Position numbers and translations under genes: made by a program. Of a stretch of DNA of 64,000 nt, positions 18,238 through 28,641 are shown one piece after another; positions within the stretch are counted from its first letter, which is position 1, and each line of letters opens with the position of its first letter. Under the pieces are notes generated by a model. It saw only the letters and a program-made list of their open reading frames with translations, made no database searches and was not told the origin of the DNA. Origin of the DNA: Verrucomicrobiales bacterium (GTDB lineage Bacteria > Verrucomicrobiota > Verrucomicrobiia > Verrucomicrobiales > V1-33). The stretch covers positions 1 to 64,000 of the forward strand of contig JANOAV010000202.1 in NCBI GenBank assembly GCA_031411295.1. The letters are read 5' to 3'.

Positions 18238-18698
18238 GCTGCCTCACCATCTTGCCGCGCCATCTTGTTGAGCATCACGATGGCCCGCAGGAAATCTGCG
18301 GTGGCCTGGCAACCGTCCCGCCGCCAAAGCCCCTGCGGGGGCATGACCTCCACGACGGGACCAAAGATAGTCGGGGGCTCGAAGCGGAGGAGGATTGAGA
18401 AAGTGCTACCAAAGCCATCATCCGCCATACTGTAGAGCTGGCTGGCAGGAATCGTTTGAGACTTCCAATAGCCCTTAATCGTGAATATTCCATCCCGGTA
18501 GCTGGCAAATTTCACCGTGCGCACCCAGGCCAAAATGATAAGACTAACCAAAGTAACGAAGGCCGGGAGTAACCATCCCGCTCCCCCATGATCCCAAGCT
18601 ACAGAACAAGTCGCTCCGCAGACTATCATTAAAATCCCAGGAAGGATAAATCGGTAGAAGGCAGTTACTGGAGAACTAAGGGAAAGCACCGGAGACAT
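18234..18698 (-). CDS. Hypothetical protein with two TM helices and a small beta-rich domain
   Basis: 154-aa ORF with two hydrophobic segments, convergent with the glycosyltransferase gene. Confidence 0.65.
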   Translation of the reverse strand: MSPVLSLSSPVTAFYRFILPGILMIVCGATCSVAWDHGGAGWLLPAFVTLVSLIILAWVRTVKFASYRDGIFTIKGYWKSQTIPASQLYSMADDGFGSTFSILLRFEPPTIFGPVVEVMPPQGLWRRDGCQATADFLRAIVMLNKMARQDGEAA

Positions 18699-18744
18699 AC
18701 CTCCACCCTAGCCTGCAACCCCGATCCTGGCAAGAGTTGAAGTC

Positions 18745-18841
18745 CATAAGACTGGCGGTCTCCGACGCCGTGTTAAGCCCCTGCGGGGGCATGACCTCCA
18801 GCCTTCATAAGACTGGCGGTCTCCGACGCCGTGTTAAGCCC
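18745..18841. repeat. Two identical 36-bp direct repeats separated by 25 bp
   Basis: CATAAGACTGGCGGTCTCCGACGCCGTGTTAAGCCC at 18745-18780 and 18806-18841. Confidence 0.9.
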
Positions 18842-18885
18842 ACCACCCCGAGGGTCGGTTAATTTTTTGAGTTGCGGTGAGTGCA

Positions 18886-21800
18886 TTACGGAGTCCATCC
18901 GGTGGGGACTACGTAGTTAGGATTGCCTGTGGTGGACTTGTAGAAGCTGGCACGCGTGGCCTTGAAGACCTTGTTCAGATCCTGACTGTTCAGGGCGTTG
19001 TCTCCTTGCAGGCTCCAACGGCGGTAGGGATCGAAGCCTGCATTCACCAGCCAGTAGGTAGTGTAGTTCTCTGCGTTCAAGGTGGTGTCACCTTTCCAGA
19101 AGAGCACGTTATCCGCACGGACAGGATCCAGTCCACCGACAAACCCATTGAAGTTAGTGCCAGTCCAAGTCATGGCGCGGTCCACGTAACTTTGATCGAT
19201 CGGGAAACCTGCACCAACCAGATTCTGACCTGCGTTCAGTGGGCAGGCCATGGCGTTCTGCCGCACGTGGCCAACTTGAGTCGTGCTAATGGCCGCACCG
19301 CGATGGTGGATGAAGATCCCCTGGCAGGCATCCAGAGCGAAGCCATCTTGGTTGGCAAGGGTGTTGTCACCTTGCTTCACCCAATGAATCCCCATGCCAC
19401 CGCTGGTCATATCGGCCAGGTAATAAACACTCCATTTGGCAACGCTATTGGCATCGTAGATCAGAACCTTGTCGGAGTTGTTCGGCGTGCTGCCAGCCTT
19501 GTAGAGCGCTGGTGGGAAGAGTCCACCAATGGTCTTGGCTTCCCGCACGATGACACTGGCTCCTGCGAGCGCATCAACCGTGAGGGCTTTCGTGCCACTG
19601 CCCACCGCGATCGTATTAGCGGTGCTGCCTCCGATGACGTTCCAGCGATGACCCGCGAACGGCCCACTGAGAACTTCCACGTAGTAGCTTTTACCCAACA
19701 CGAGCACACTGGCAAAATTACTGGTGCCGACGGCGGTGGTCACATCGAGTGAACTAGCGGTGTTGCTATCCACGGTTCCGCTGAAGACTTCGCATTCCAG
19801 GAATGGATTACTGTAAGTTTCGCAGGCACCGGTGATAGTCCGGTCCATCCAACCAGCAGCATAGGTGCGGCTGGTGGTAGCGGGGCTGGCGAGGTCCACC
19901 TTCAAGCGGACGAAACCCTTACCGTTGGCCAATGCGGGAATGCTTTCGAGGTTGGCGTAGAGCAGTTTATCCGTGCCATCACCATTGCTGGTTACGCTTG
20001 GGAAGATGGTGGTAACTGGAGTCCAACCACCGCCATTGGCCGAGCTGAGCGCCAGGTCAGAGATGTATTCCAAGGTGACAGTCGTGCCGACCAAACCATG
20101 AACCACGTTCACTTCTGCGTTCATTAAACCATCTTGGTCCACAAGGACTTCCAAAGGACAGCGTGGGTTCACACCGCTGTTCGGGGCGAAGCAGAACGCA
20201 AACTCTTGGAGGTTGTCGTAAATGTCGCCATCAGGATTTTGTGTTGGACCATTGCTGCCGCCGAGGGCGTTCTGACTCTGCCAAGTGGCCCAGTCCGTTG
20301 GTTTGGCGGGTTTCTCAAGGAAGTCGCGACCATTGACGGTTTGTCCTGGGTTAACTGTGACGGTCTGGATTTGATCCGGGTTGCCGCCGTCCACATCACT
20401 CACAGAAGAGTAACCTGCGGGTTGCGTTTGCAGCACGCCATAAGTTCCAGGGGCAACGTTAGTGAAGCTGTAGCTGCCGTCTGCAGCCGTCGTGGTCGTG
20501 ATCGGTTGCAGCCCAGGGGTGTTGGGATCGCCATCAATCGGGTTTCCACTACCATCGACTAGCGTTAGGATAACTCCAGAAATCGGTGTATCACCTGCGT
20601 TGTCGTTATCAGTATCCGCGAGGACATAGCCTGCAATGGTGCCGGGTTGCTCCTCAACAAAATCACGTCCGGTGACGGCTTGGCCAGCGGCCACCGTAAT
20701 CGGCAGGATTTGATTTGGATTGCCACCGTCCACATCGCTCACGGAGATAAATCCTGCGGGCTGCGTTTCCACAACGCCGTAGGTTCCGGGAGGCAGATTG
20801 GTGAAGCTGTAGCTGCCATCTGGTGCCGTGGTGGTGGTAGTTAGTTGCACGCCAGCGGTGTTCGGATCGCTGTCCACTGGATTGCCGCTGCCATCAACGA
20901 GCGTCAAGGTTACGCCAGAGATCGGAGCGTCGCCTGTGTCGTCGTTGTTGGTGTCTTGGCGGACAGTTCCGGCAATGCTGCCAGGTTGTTCTTCCACGAA
21001 GTCACGCCCAGTCACAGCTTGGCCAGCGATCACGGTGATCGGCAGGATTTGATTTGGATTGCCGCCGTCAACGTCACTCACGGAATTGAATCCAGCGGGC
21101 TGCGTTTCCACGACACCGTAGGTTCCTGGGGGAACGTTGGTGAAGGTATAGGTGCCATCTGGAGCTGTGGTGGTCGTGATCGGTTGCACGCCAGTCGTGT
21201 TGGTATCACCATCGACTGGATTTCCGCTGCCATCAACGAGCGTCAGGGTCACGCCGGAGATCGGAGCGTCGCCTGTGTCGTCGTTGTTCGTGTCTTTGAG
21301 CACGGAGCCTGCAATGGTGCCGGGTTGCTCTTCCACGAAATCATGCCCGGTCACAGCTTGGCCAGCGGCTACCGTGATGGGCAGGATTTGGTTTGGATTG
21401 CCACCATCAACATCGCTGACGGAGTTGTAGCCTCCGGGCTGGGTTTCCACCACGCCGTAGGTTCCTGGGGGAACATTGGCGAACGTATAACTACCATCGG
21501 GAGCTGTCGTCGTCGTGATCGGTTGGACGCCAGCGGTGTTCGGATCGCCATCGACCGGATTACCGCTAGAATCAACGAGCGTCAAGGTCACACCGGAAAT
21601 CGGAGCGTCACCTGAGTCGTCGTTGTTGGTGTCTTTGAGCACGGAACCCGCAATGCTACCAGGTTGCACTTCCACGAAATCACGACCCACGATGGCTTGA
21701 CCAGCAGCCACCGTGATTGGCAGGATTTGATTTGGATTGCCACCGTCGACGTCACTCACGGAAGCAAAGCCTGCGGGCTGCGTTTCAACGACGCCATACG

Positions 21801-24800
21801 TGCCGGGAGGCAGGTTGGTGAAGGTGTAGCTGCCATCGGGAGCTGTTGTCGTCGTGATCGGTTGGACGCCTGCGGTGTTCGGATCGCTATCGACCGGATT
21901 GCCACTAGAATCAACGAGCGTCAAGGTCACACCGGAAATCGGAGCGTCACCTGTGTCATCGTTGTTGGTGTCTTTGAGGACGGATCCAGCAATGCTGCCG
22001 GGTTGCTCTTCCACGAAGTCACGGCCGGTCACCGCTTGGCCTGCGGCCACCGTGATGGGTAGGATTTGGTTTGGATTTCCGCCATCAACGTCGCTGATGG
22101 AGTTGTAACCGGATGGCTGCGTTTCAACCACACCATACGTGCCCGGAGGCAGGTTGGTGAAGCTGTAACTGCCATCGGGAGCCGTCGTCGTCGTAATTGG
22201 TTGCACGCCAGCGGTGTTCGGATCGCCATCGACCGGATTGCCGCTGCTATCGACGAGCGTCAGAGTCACGCCGGAGATAGGAGCGTCGCCTGTGTCATCG
22301 TTGTTGGTGTCTTTGAGGACGGATCCAGCAATGCTTCCAGGTTGCTCTTCCAAGAAGTCACGGCCTGTAATGGCTTGGCCAGCGGCCAGGCTGATGGGCG
22401 AGATTTGATTTGGATTTCCGCCATCAACGTCGCTTACGGAAGCGAATCCTGCGGGCTGCGTTTCGACCACACCATACGTGCCGGGAGGCAGGCTGGTGAA
22501 GCTGTAGCTGCCGTCTGGAGCCGTCGTGGTCGTGGTCGGTTGCACACCAGCAGTGTTCGGATCGGAATCAATTGGATTGCCGCTTCCATCAACAAGAGTC
22601 AAGGTCACGCCGGAAATCGGAGCGTCGCCTATGTCATCGTTGTTGGTGTCTTTGCGAACCGTTCCCGCTATGCTGCCGGGTTGTTCCTCCACGAAATCAC
22701 GACCGGTCACCGCTTGCCCTGCGGCCACCGTGATTGGCAGGATTTGATTTGGATTACCACCATCCACATCGCTCACGGAAGCAAAGCCAGCGGGCTGGCT
22801 TTCGACCACACCATACGTGCCGGGAGGCAGGTTGGTGAAGCTGTAGCTGCCGTCTGGAGCCGTGGTTGTCGTGGTTGGTTGGACCCCAGCGGTGTTGGGA
22901 TCGCTGTCGATTGGATTACCGCTGCCATCAACGAGCGTCAGGGTCACGCCGGAGATCGGAGCATCGCCTGTGTCGTCGTTGTTAGTGTCGCTACGAACTG
23001 TTCCGGCAATGCTGCCAGGTTGCTCTTCCACGAAATCACGACCGGTCACGGCTTGGCCCGCGGCCACTGTGATCGGCAGGATCTGATTTGGATTGCCACC
23101 GTCCACATCGCTTAAGGAGTTGTAGCCCGCAGGCTGGGTTTCCACCACACCGTAGGTTCCTGGGGGAACATTGGTGAAGGTGTAGCTGCCATTGGGAGCT
23201 GTCGTCGTGGTGATTGGTTGGACGCCAGCGGTGTTCGGATCGCCATCGACCGGATTGCCGCTGCCGTCTACGAGGGTCAGGGTAACGCCGGAGATCGGGG
23301 CGTCGCCAACGTCATCGTTGTTGGTGTCGTTGAGGACGGAACCACCGATGCTGCCGGGTTGCTCTTCTACGAAATCGCGACCTGTCACGGCTTGGCCGGC
23401 GGCCACTGTGATTGGCAGGATTTGATTTGGATTACCACCGTCCACATCGCTCACGGATGCAAAGCCAACGGGCTGCGTTTCCACCACACCGTAGGTTCCT
23501 GGGGGAACATTGGTGAAGGTATAGCTGCCATCGGGAGCTGTCGTCGTGGTGATGGGTTGGACCCCAGCGGTGTTCGGATCGCCATCGACCGGATTGCCGC
23601 TGCCGTCTACGAGGGTCAGGGTCACGCCGGAGATCGGGGCGTCACCGATGTTATCGTTGTTGGTGTCTTTGAGCACAGAGCCCGCAATGCTGCCGGGCTG
23701 TTCTTCCACGAAATCACGTCCCGTGACAGCTTGGCCTGCGGCCACCGTGATCGGGAGGATCTGATTGGGATTGCCGCCGTCAACGTCACTGACGGAATTG
23801 AATCCGGCGGGTTGTGTTTCCACGACCCCATACGTGCCGGGAGGCAGGTTGGTGAAGCTGTAGCTGCCATTTGCGGCTGTGGTGGTCGTGGTGGGTTGCA
23901 CACCGGCGGTGTTGGGATCGGAATCGACCGGGTTGCCGCTGCCGTCTATGAGGGTCAGGGTCACGCCGGAGATCGGGGCGTCACCGATATTATCGTTGTT
24001 GGTGTCTTTGCGGACCGTTCCTGCGATGCTGCCGGGTTGCTCCTCGACGAAGTTATTTCCGTTATCCGTTTCACCTGCGGTGATGGTGACAGGTATCCGA
24101 TTATCGGTCGTGCTGGCATTAGCCACATCATCCCCTGGTGTGGTGGTGTCGCCATCGGTAACGGTCAGGTAGCCGGAGGGTTGTGTCTCCACCACGACGT
24201 ATTTTCCGGGGGATACATTTGTGAAAGAGTAAGCGCCAGCGTTATTGGTGGTGGTATCGCTGCCGACTTCAACCCCATCAGAGGGATCGCCATCGCCATT
24301 GGGATCGGTGAACAATTTCAACGTGACACCAGCAATTGGAGCATCACCTGTGTTGTTATTATCCGTGTCGGCAAATACCGAACCGCTGATCGTGCCCTTA
24401 TCTGTTACAGGGAAGCTAACTGAGGGAGATCTCGTATTATTAGGATCGCTTACGTTGGCGTTGTTAACGACATTACCGCCCACTGGGTAAGTCGAAATAA
24501 GTCCGTCAAAGGTATAAAAATACTCACTGAATGGAGGGATGGAAACGGGGACATAGAGACCCGCTCCATCAAAAGGAAAAGCCGTGCCACTGGCATCGTC
24601 GGCCTGGGCAGTGACGCTGCCGCCAGCCAGTTGCTGAGTGGAGGATCCAGTGACGTAGGTCAGGGGGACGGGAAACTCATCAGTCACGAGCATCGTGTTA
24701 GCTGTCAGGGGTAAGGCCCCCGCATTTCGCACGGAAATGGTGTAACGAACTGTATCCCCTACGTCGTAGAGGCCATTGCCATTAACGTCATTACTCAAGA

Positions 24801-26415
24801 CGACATTTTTTCCGGCAGAGAAAGGCACACCGTTAAGCACGGTAACGCCCAAATCCAAGGAAGGCGCACCAGTGGGGGCCGTATTAGGATCTTCACCCCA
24901 AGCCGCCGCGATGACCGCATCACTGCCGTCACAAACCCACAAGCGCATGGCGGTTTGGTCGCCATCCGGATCGTAGATCCTCTGGCTGTCCAAAGGGATG
25001 ACCGTGAACTGTTGATCATATTGCACCCCGTTAGAGTCAACTAATGAACCTCCATCATTGTTGAAATCAACGCAGACCTGGACGGTTGCTGTGGAGGCAG
25101 GGTTGGTCTTGTGATCCACGGTCAACCAAATTGGCGAGACATTTGCATTGGGACTGGCGGACGAGTTCGGATCGCGTCCCGGGGACCAGGCCGTTGATAG
25201 AATTTGATTCGTGACCTGAGAAAATGGCACCAGGGTATATCCCCAATCCCAAGTCGATGAATTTGCCAAATCGGCGCTTATCGATGCAAAAGCGATGAAC
25301 GGCTGACCTCCAGTCGATGTAAAGCGCTGGCCACTCAAATCGGGGGAAACAACCGAGACCGCACTATTGGCAGGAATGGAGAGCGGTGTTTGCGCTACGG
25401 GCCCTTGGGTGAACCAGTTTACCGTAATCGCCGTATTATTTGGATTATGAACGTGAATCTGGGTTTGACCTGCGTTGGTAGGAGTTCCCACCGATCCAAG
25501 ATAACTACTTGAGTATAGACCCAGGTGAGGCAGGATATACCAATCTGCCTCATAGGTGGCACATTTATCCGCCGTAAAGAGCACCACGAATACAGGTTTG
25601 GTTGCAACAATGGTCGCATTTTGCAGGAGGCCGCCATTCACGTAATAGGATTCACCTTTGTTGATAGTTACGGAGGTGTCCACTGTCCCGTCGGCATTAC
25701 TGTCGATTTGAATTTCGGTGTTATCCTGGGCCGCCTGAATCGTGGCTGCGGTGTATTCAAACCGGTTGTTGGTTGGAGTATTCCCATTCATGACGTAGTC
25801 CTCACCCACCGGCAGCTTGTAGCTGGTGCCCCACAATGCAGTTGGGTAAACCTCTGTCGCTCCTGCCATGAGCGTTTCCGATCCGGTAGCCCATCCCGAA
25901 CGAGTCACCGAGAGCGCCCCGGAAGTCACCAAGTGGTCACCTCCATCATAATCGATTACCGCTTGACGGGTTGTGCTCACCACGTCGTTTTTCAGTGTCA
26001 CCACATCGCCCCGGCTCAGCAAGTCATTAGGGTGCCCAGGAGCCACCCCATTGGTCAAATCGCCATCTCCCCAGATTTCAGTGGTTGATTGTGTTTTTAT
26101 GTTTGGAATGGCTTCATAGCCGTCCTCCCAATGGTCGTAAACAATGATCGTATTGTCTTCTGCCACGACGAACGAGGTAAAGCTCCGAATTGGATCAACC
26201 GGGTTTTGACTATTGCCTCCACAGTTCGCAGGCGCGCCGGAGGAGTAGGCACGCTTGGATGCATTGAGAATATCATCCTCATTAAAGGGGATGAAGTATT
26301 CTTCGACGACGGACGGGGCCGCGCTAGCCTTCGGAGCGAGTCCGAAGAATGCGAGAACCGCAAGGAGGAATGACAGGAGCCAGTGGCACTGTATATTTTG
26401 TGGTGTGTGTTTCAT
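18886..26415 (-). CDS. Large surface adhesin-like protein with a DUF11-like domain and 12 SdrD-B/Cna-B-like repeats
   Basis: 2509 aa with a signal peptide, a GDTVRYTISVRNAG DUF11-like segment and repeats GSIAG.V..DTNND..GDAPISGVTLTL..DGSY.FTN.PPGTYGVVETQP.G. Confidence 0.9.
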   Translation of the reverse strand: MKHTPQNIQCHWLLSFLLAVLAFFGLAPKASAAPSVVEEYFIPFNEDDILNASKRAYSSGAPANCGGNSQNPVDPIRSFTSFVVAEDNTIIVYDHWEDGYEAIPNIKTQSTTEIWGDGDLTNGVAPGHPNDLLSRGDVVTLKNDVVSTTRQAVIDYDGGDHLVTSGALSVTRSGWATGSETLMAGATEVYPTALWGTSYKLPVGEDYVMNGNTPTNNRFEYTAATIQAAQDNTEIQIDSNADGTVDTSVTINKGESYYVNGGLLQNATIVATKPVFVVLFTADKCATYEADWYILPHLGLYSSSYLGSVGTPTNAGQTQIHVHNPNNTAITVNWFTQGPVAQTPLSIPANSAVSVVSPDLSGQRFTSTGGQPFIAFASISADLANSSTWDWGYTLVPFSQVTNQILSTAWSPGRDPNSSASPNANVSPIWLTVDHKTNPASTATVQVCVDFNNDGGSLVDSNGVQYDQQFTVIPLDSQRIYDPDGDQTAMRLWVCDGSDAVIAAAWGEDPNTAPTGAPSLDLGVTVLNGVPFSAGKNVVLSNDVNGNGLYDVGDTVRYTISVRNAGALPLTANTMLVTDEFPVPLTYVTGSSTQQLAGGSVTAQADDASGTAFPFDGAGLYVPVSIPPFSEYFYTFDGLISTYPVGGNVVNNANVSDPNNTRSPSVSFPVTDKGTISGSVFADTDNNNTGDAPIAGVTLKLFTDPNGDGDPSDGVEVGSDTTTNNAGAYSFTNVSPGKYVVVETQPSGYLTVTDGDTTTPGDDVANASTTDNRIPVTITAGETDNGNNFVEEQPGSIAGTVRKDTNNDNIGDAPISGVTLTLIDGSGNPVDSDPNTAGVQPTTTTTAANGSYSFTNLPPGTYGVVETQPAGFNSVSDVDGGNPNQILPITVAAGQAVTGRDFVEEQPGSIAGSVLKDTNNDNIGDAPISGVTLTLVDGSGNPVDGDPNTAGVQPITTTTAPDGSYTFTNVPPGTYGVVETQPVGFASVSDVDGGNPNQILPITVAAGQAVTGRDFVEEQPGSIGGSVLNDTNNDDVGDAPISGVTLTLVDGSGNPVDGDPNTAGVQPITTTTAPNGSYTFTNVPPGTYGVVETQPAGYNSLSDVDGGNPNQILPITVAAGQAVTGRDFVEEQPGSIAGTVRSDTNNDDTGDAPISGVTLTLVDGSGNPIDSDPNTAGVQPTTTTTAPDGSYSFTNLPPGTYGVVESQPAGFASVSDVDGGNPNQILPITVAAGQAVTGRDFVEEQPGSIAGTVRKDTNNDDIGDAPISGVTLTLVDGSGNPIDSDPNTAGVQPTTTTTAPDGSYSFTSLPPGTYGVVETQPAGFASVSDVDGGNPNQISPISLAAGQAITGRDFLEEQPGSIAGSVLKDTNNDDTGDAPISGVTLTLVDSSGNPVDGDPNTAGVQPITTTTAPDGSYSFTNLPPGTYGVVETQPSGYNSISDVDGGNPNQILPITVAAGQAVTGRDFVEEQPGSIAGSVLKDTNNDDTGDAPISGVTLTLVDSSGNPVDSDPNTAGVQPITTTTAPDGSYTFTNLPPGTYGVVETQPAGFASVSDVDGGNPNQILPITVAAGQAIVGRDFVEVQPGSIAGSVLKDTNNDDSGDAPISGVTLTLVDSSGNPVDGDPNTAGVQPITTTTAPDGSYTFANVPPGTYGVVETQPGGYNSVSDVDGGNPNQILPITVAAGQAVTGHDFVEEQPGTIAGSVLKDTNNDDTGDAPISGVTLTLVDGSGNPVDGDTNTTGVQPITTTTAPDGTYTFTNVPPGTYGVVETQPAGFNSVSDVDGGNPNQILPITVIAGQAVTGRDFVEEQPGSIAGTVRQDTNNDDTGDAPISGVTLTLVDGSGNPVDSDPNTAGVQLTTTTTAPDGSYSFTNLPPGTYGVVETQPAGFISVSDVDGGNPNQILPITVAAGQAVTGRDFVEEQPGTIAGYVLADTDNDNAGDTPISGVILTLVDGSGNPIDGDPNTPGLQPITTTTAADGSYSFTNVAPGTYGVLQTQPAGYSSVSDVDGGNPDQIQTVTVNPGQTVNGRDFLEKPAKPTDWATWQSQNALGGSNGPTQNPDGDIYDNLQEFAFCFAPNSGVNPRCPLEVLVDQDGLMNAEVNVVHGLVGTTVTLEYISDLALSSANGGGWTPVTTIFPSVTSNGDGTDKLLYANLESIPALANGKGFVRLKVDLASPATTSRTYAAGWMDRTITGACETYSNPFLECEVFSGTVDSNTASSLDVTTAVGTSNFASVLVLGKSYYVEVLSGPFAGHRWNVIGGSTANTIAVGSGTKALTVDALAGASVIVREAKTIGGLFPPALYKAGSTPNNSDKVLIYDANSVAKWSVYYLADMTSGGMGIHWVKQGDNTLANQDGFALDACQGIFIHHRGAAISTTQVGHVRQNAMACPLNAGQNLVGAGFPIDQSYVDRAMTWTGTNFNGFVGGLDPVRADNVLFWKGDTTLNAENYTTYWLVNAGFDPYRRWSLQGDNALNSQDLNKVFKATRASFYKSTTGNPNYVVPTGWTP
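20315..24395 (-). repeat. Intragenic tandem array of 12 units with a 339-bp (113-aa) period
   Basis: Units counted in the translation. Shadow ORF ends recur every 339 bp (22747, 23086, 23425, 23764). Confidence 0.9.
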
Positions 26416-26442
26416 AATGTGGTGTAATAAAAGTGATGGAAA

Positions 26443-28641
26443 TTAAGGGTGAGCCGGGGCACGATTTGCGACCGCGTTGGGATTGGCCCGCTGCGGAATT
26501 TCCAGCGGCAACTCAAAGGAGCCACCGGATGCCAACCCGCTTTGGAGAGATATTTTCCGTCCCTTGTTAGCGGAAGCGGAGAATTTTGGCGGGAAATGCA
26601 GGGTGATTTCTCGACCCTGGCGTTGATCCGGCTCGCTGATGGTGGCCGTGACACCTGCGAGGCGTAGTTCTTCGGGTATACCTACCTTGGGATGCAGCAC
26701 GGAAACGCCGTCCCGAGGGCGGATCGCCACCACGAATTCTTGGGAGCGATCCAATTCCATGGGCGGCAGCACCACCCGCTGCGGGGTGATGATGAGTGGT
26801 TGGCTGACATACGCCGCGACGGCAACTTCCAGCGCGGGCACTTGCCAGTCGAAGGAGGAAGATTTCCAACGCACCGGAACCTTCAATTTCCCCAGATGGG
26901 AGCCCGTCGGCAGCAGTGAAGTTTGCTTGAGGACGACCGCCTCGTTGGAAACATTATTCCAAGCAGCCACAAATCCTGGAAGCATAACTTCCGCAGTTCC
27001 TACTTCGAAATCAGAATTAAACCGAATCGGAATCGAGACATCTGCCAGCAGCTTGTCTTCCCCCGTCTCTGGCAACTCAATCCGCGAGAGCGGCTGCGTC
27101 AGCACGGAAAGCGCTTCACCAGAGAATTTGCTGGGCGGCACCAGCTTAGCTGAGTTCGATAAGAAAGCGACCTGTCCGCGCCAAGCCCCGGCCACGATTG
27201 GACTATGGATTTCCAAGCCCACCGCCAAGTGCTCGCGGGGAGCCAGCGTCACAGGAAACTTGGTGTGCTCTTTCCACCCTGAGGGCAACTGCACCCCGGT
27301 GACGGTCAAGGCCCCTTGGCCGACATTTTCAAGCTCCAGGGAGTAGGGGAGCATCCCGCCAGCCGGAGTTTTTCCGAAATCCTGACCTGCCTGCACCACC
27401 GACAGGATTGGTTCCATGGCGCGATGCGCCTTCACTCGTTTGGCAAGCAGATCATAGTAGTAGGCCGCATCCGGAGCAGCCCCGTAAATGCCGCCCTCTG
27501 CAAACCAAAGCTGGGGGAAGCCTTGCAGTCCTCGGGACTCGTCCGCCCGCCGCACAATTTGACCATTTTGCACCACCTGCTGGCGTGCCGCGCTCAAGGC
27601 CGCAGGACTCAGCCATGCCGCGACTGTCGCAGCAGACACGCGCTGGCTAAGGGCTGCCCGCAATGCCGACTCGGTAAATTTTATCTGCTCCGCCAACAGA
27701 GCATCGACCAACGCTTCATGCGTCTTAGGTTCAGCCGCCCAAACCGCTAGTAGGATCGCTTGTGTCTCCGCATGGTTCACATCTGCGGCCACTGGAAGCA
27801 GGTAAACGCTCACCGAATCTGCTGGTAGCGTGGCCGTCACCTCCCGCAAATTCCTCATCATTCTAACACAATGCGGGCATGCGAAATTCGTCACTGCCAA
27901 TACCGCAGTGCCCTTGCTGCCTGGATTCAGCAATGGAACTCGGGCCACCGGTATTTCAAATTCCCTTCCTAACAGTGCCATGTTTCCAGATGAGTCGGGT
28001 TCACTAACCAGCAGTCCTTGGTCAATCGCAATGGCCTTAAATATTGGGGCGTGGTCGCTGGACCAGACTATGGGCGATCCAAGTAGTAATAACCCCATTG
28101 TCAGGATCCCCGAGGCGGGTGCTAGCCAGCGTGACCGCCCCCCGTCCCTCCGCAAGGAAAACAAGACTCCGCGAGCCGCCTGTTTCCGGCCATCAATAAT
28201 TAGGGCACAACCTGACAGCGCCAATCCATGAAGCGCGCAACAGGTCGGGCAGAGCTTCCCGAAAACCATTACCTGCACCGCCACGAACCAAGCCGCAGCT
28301 GCTGCGATTGCAACGAGTAGCATTGCCTGCAATCGCAACAACGTGGTGCCGCCACGCGAAGCTTGCGCAATGCTGATGAGAGCGAATCCCGCGTAAGCCG
28401 AGGCCCCCAACCAAGCCACTGGCATTACTCCGAAAAATTTCCCCCATCCGCTCTGACCCATGGCATCACAACCTTGGGCCTGCTGACACAGCAATGCCCC
28501 ACCAGACCGGAGGCCCAGCCCCAGCAGCATCGAACCCACGGCCGCTAGCGCCAGTAGGAGCAGGCCCCAACGAGGTTTCGCGGGGATTCCACAAAACCCT
28601 TTGGACGCAGCGGGTTGCTTAATTTTTAAAGAATGTGACAT
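26443..28641 (-). CDS. VKOR-family membrane domain fused to a DsbA-like thioredoxin and Ig-like (DUF1573-type) domains
   Basis: C-x5-C..S.WG loop, 4-5 TM helices with LCPTC, then FACPHC and GFPQ (cis-Pro), then LENVGQGALTV..LAP Ig-like segment. Confidence 0.82.
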   Translation of the reverse strand: MSHSLKIKQPAASKGFCGIPAKPRWGLLLLALAAVGSMLLGLGLRSGGALLCQQAQGCDAMGQSGWGKFFGVMPVAWLGASAYAGFALISIAQASRGGTTLLRLQAMLLVAIAAAAAWFVAVQVMVFGKLCPTCCALHGLALSGCALIIDGRKQAARGVLFSLRRDGGRSRWLAPASGILTMGLLLLGSPIVWSSDHAPIFKAIAIDQGLLVSEPDSSGNMALLGREFEIPVARVPLLNPGSKGTAVLAVTNFACPHCVRMMRNLREVTATLPADSVSVYLLPVAADVNHAETQAILLAVWAAEPKTHEALVDALLAEQIKFTESALRAALSQRVSAATVAAWLSPAALSAARQQVVQNGQIVRRADESRGLQGFPQLWFAEGGIYGAAPDAAYYYDLLAKRVKAHRAMEPILSVVQAGQDFGKTPAGGMLPYSLELENVGQGALTVTGVQLPSGWKEHTKFPVTLAPREHLAVGLEIHSPIVAGAWRGQVAFLSNSAKLVPPSKFSGEALSVLTQPLSRIELPETGEDKLLADVSIPIRFNSDFEVGTAEVMLPGFVAAWNNVSNEAVVLKQTSLLPTGSHLGKLKVPVRWKSSSFDWQVPALEVAVAAYVSQPLIITPQRVVLPPMELDRSQEFVVAIRPRDGVSVLHPKVGIPEELRLAGVTATISEPDQRQGREITLHFPPKFSASANKGRKISLQSGLASGGSFELPLEIPQRANPNAVANRAPAHP

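Noticed and set aside
18745..18841. Calling this a CRISPR array
   Set aside because: Only two repeats, no typical CRISPR repeat termini, no leader or cas genes in the window, and microhomology offers a simpler origin. Kept as a finding only.
18877..26446. Many + strand ORFs (for example 22066-23115 and 23218-24423)
   Set aside because: Antisense shadows of the repetitive adhesin gene.
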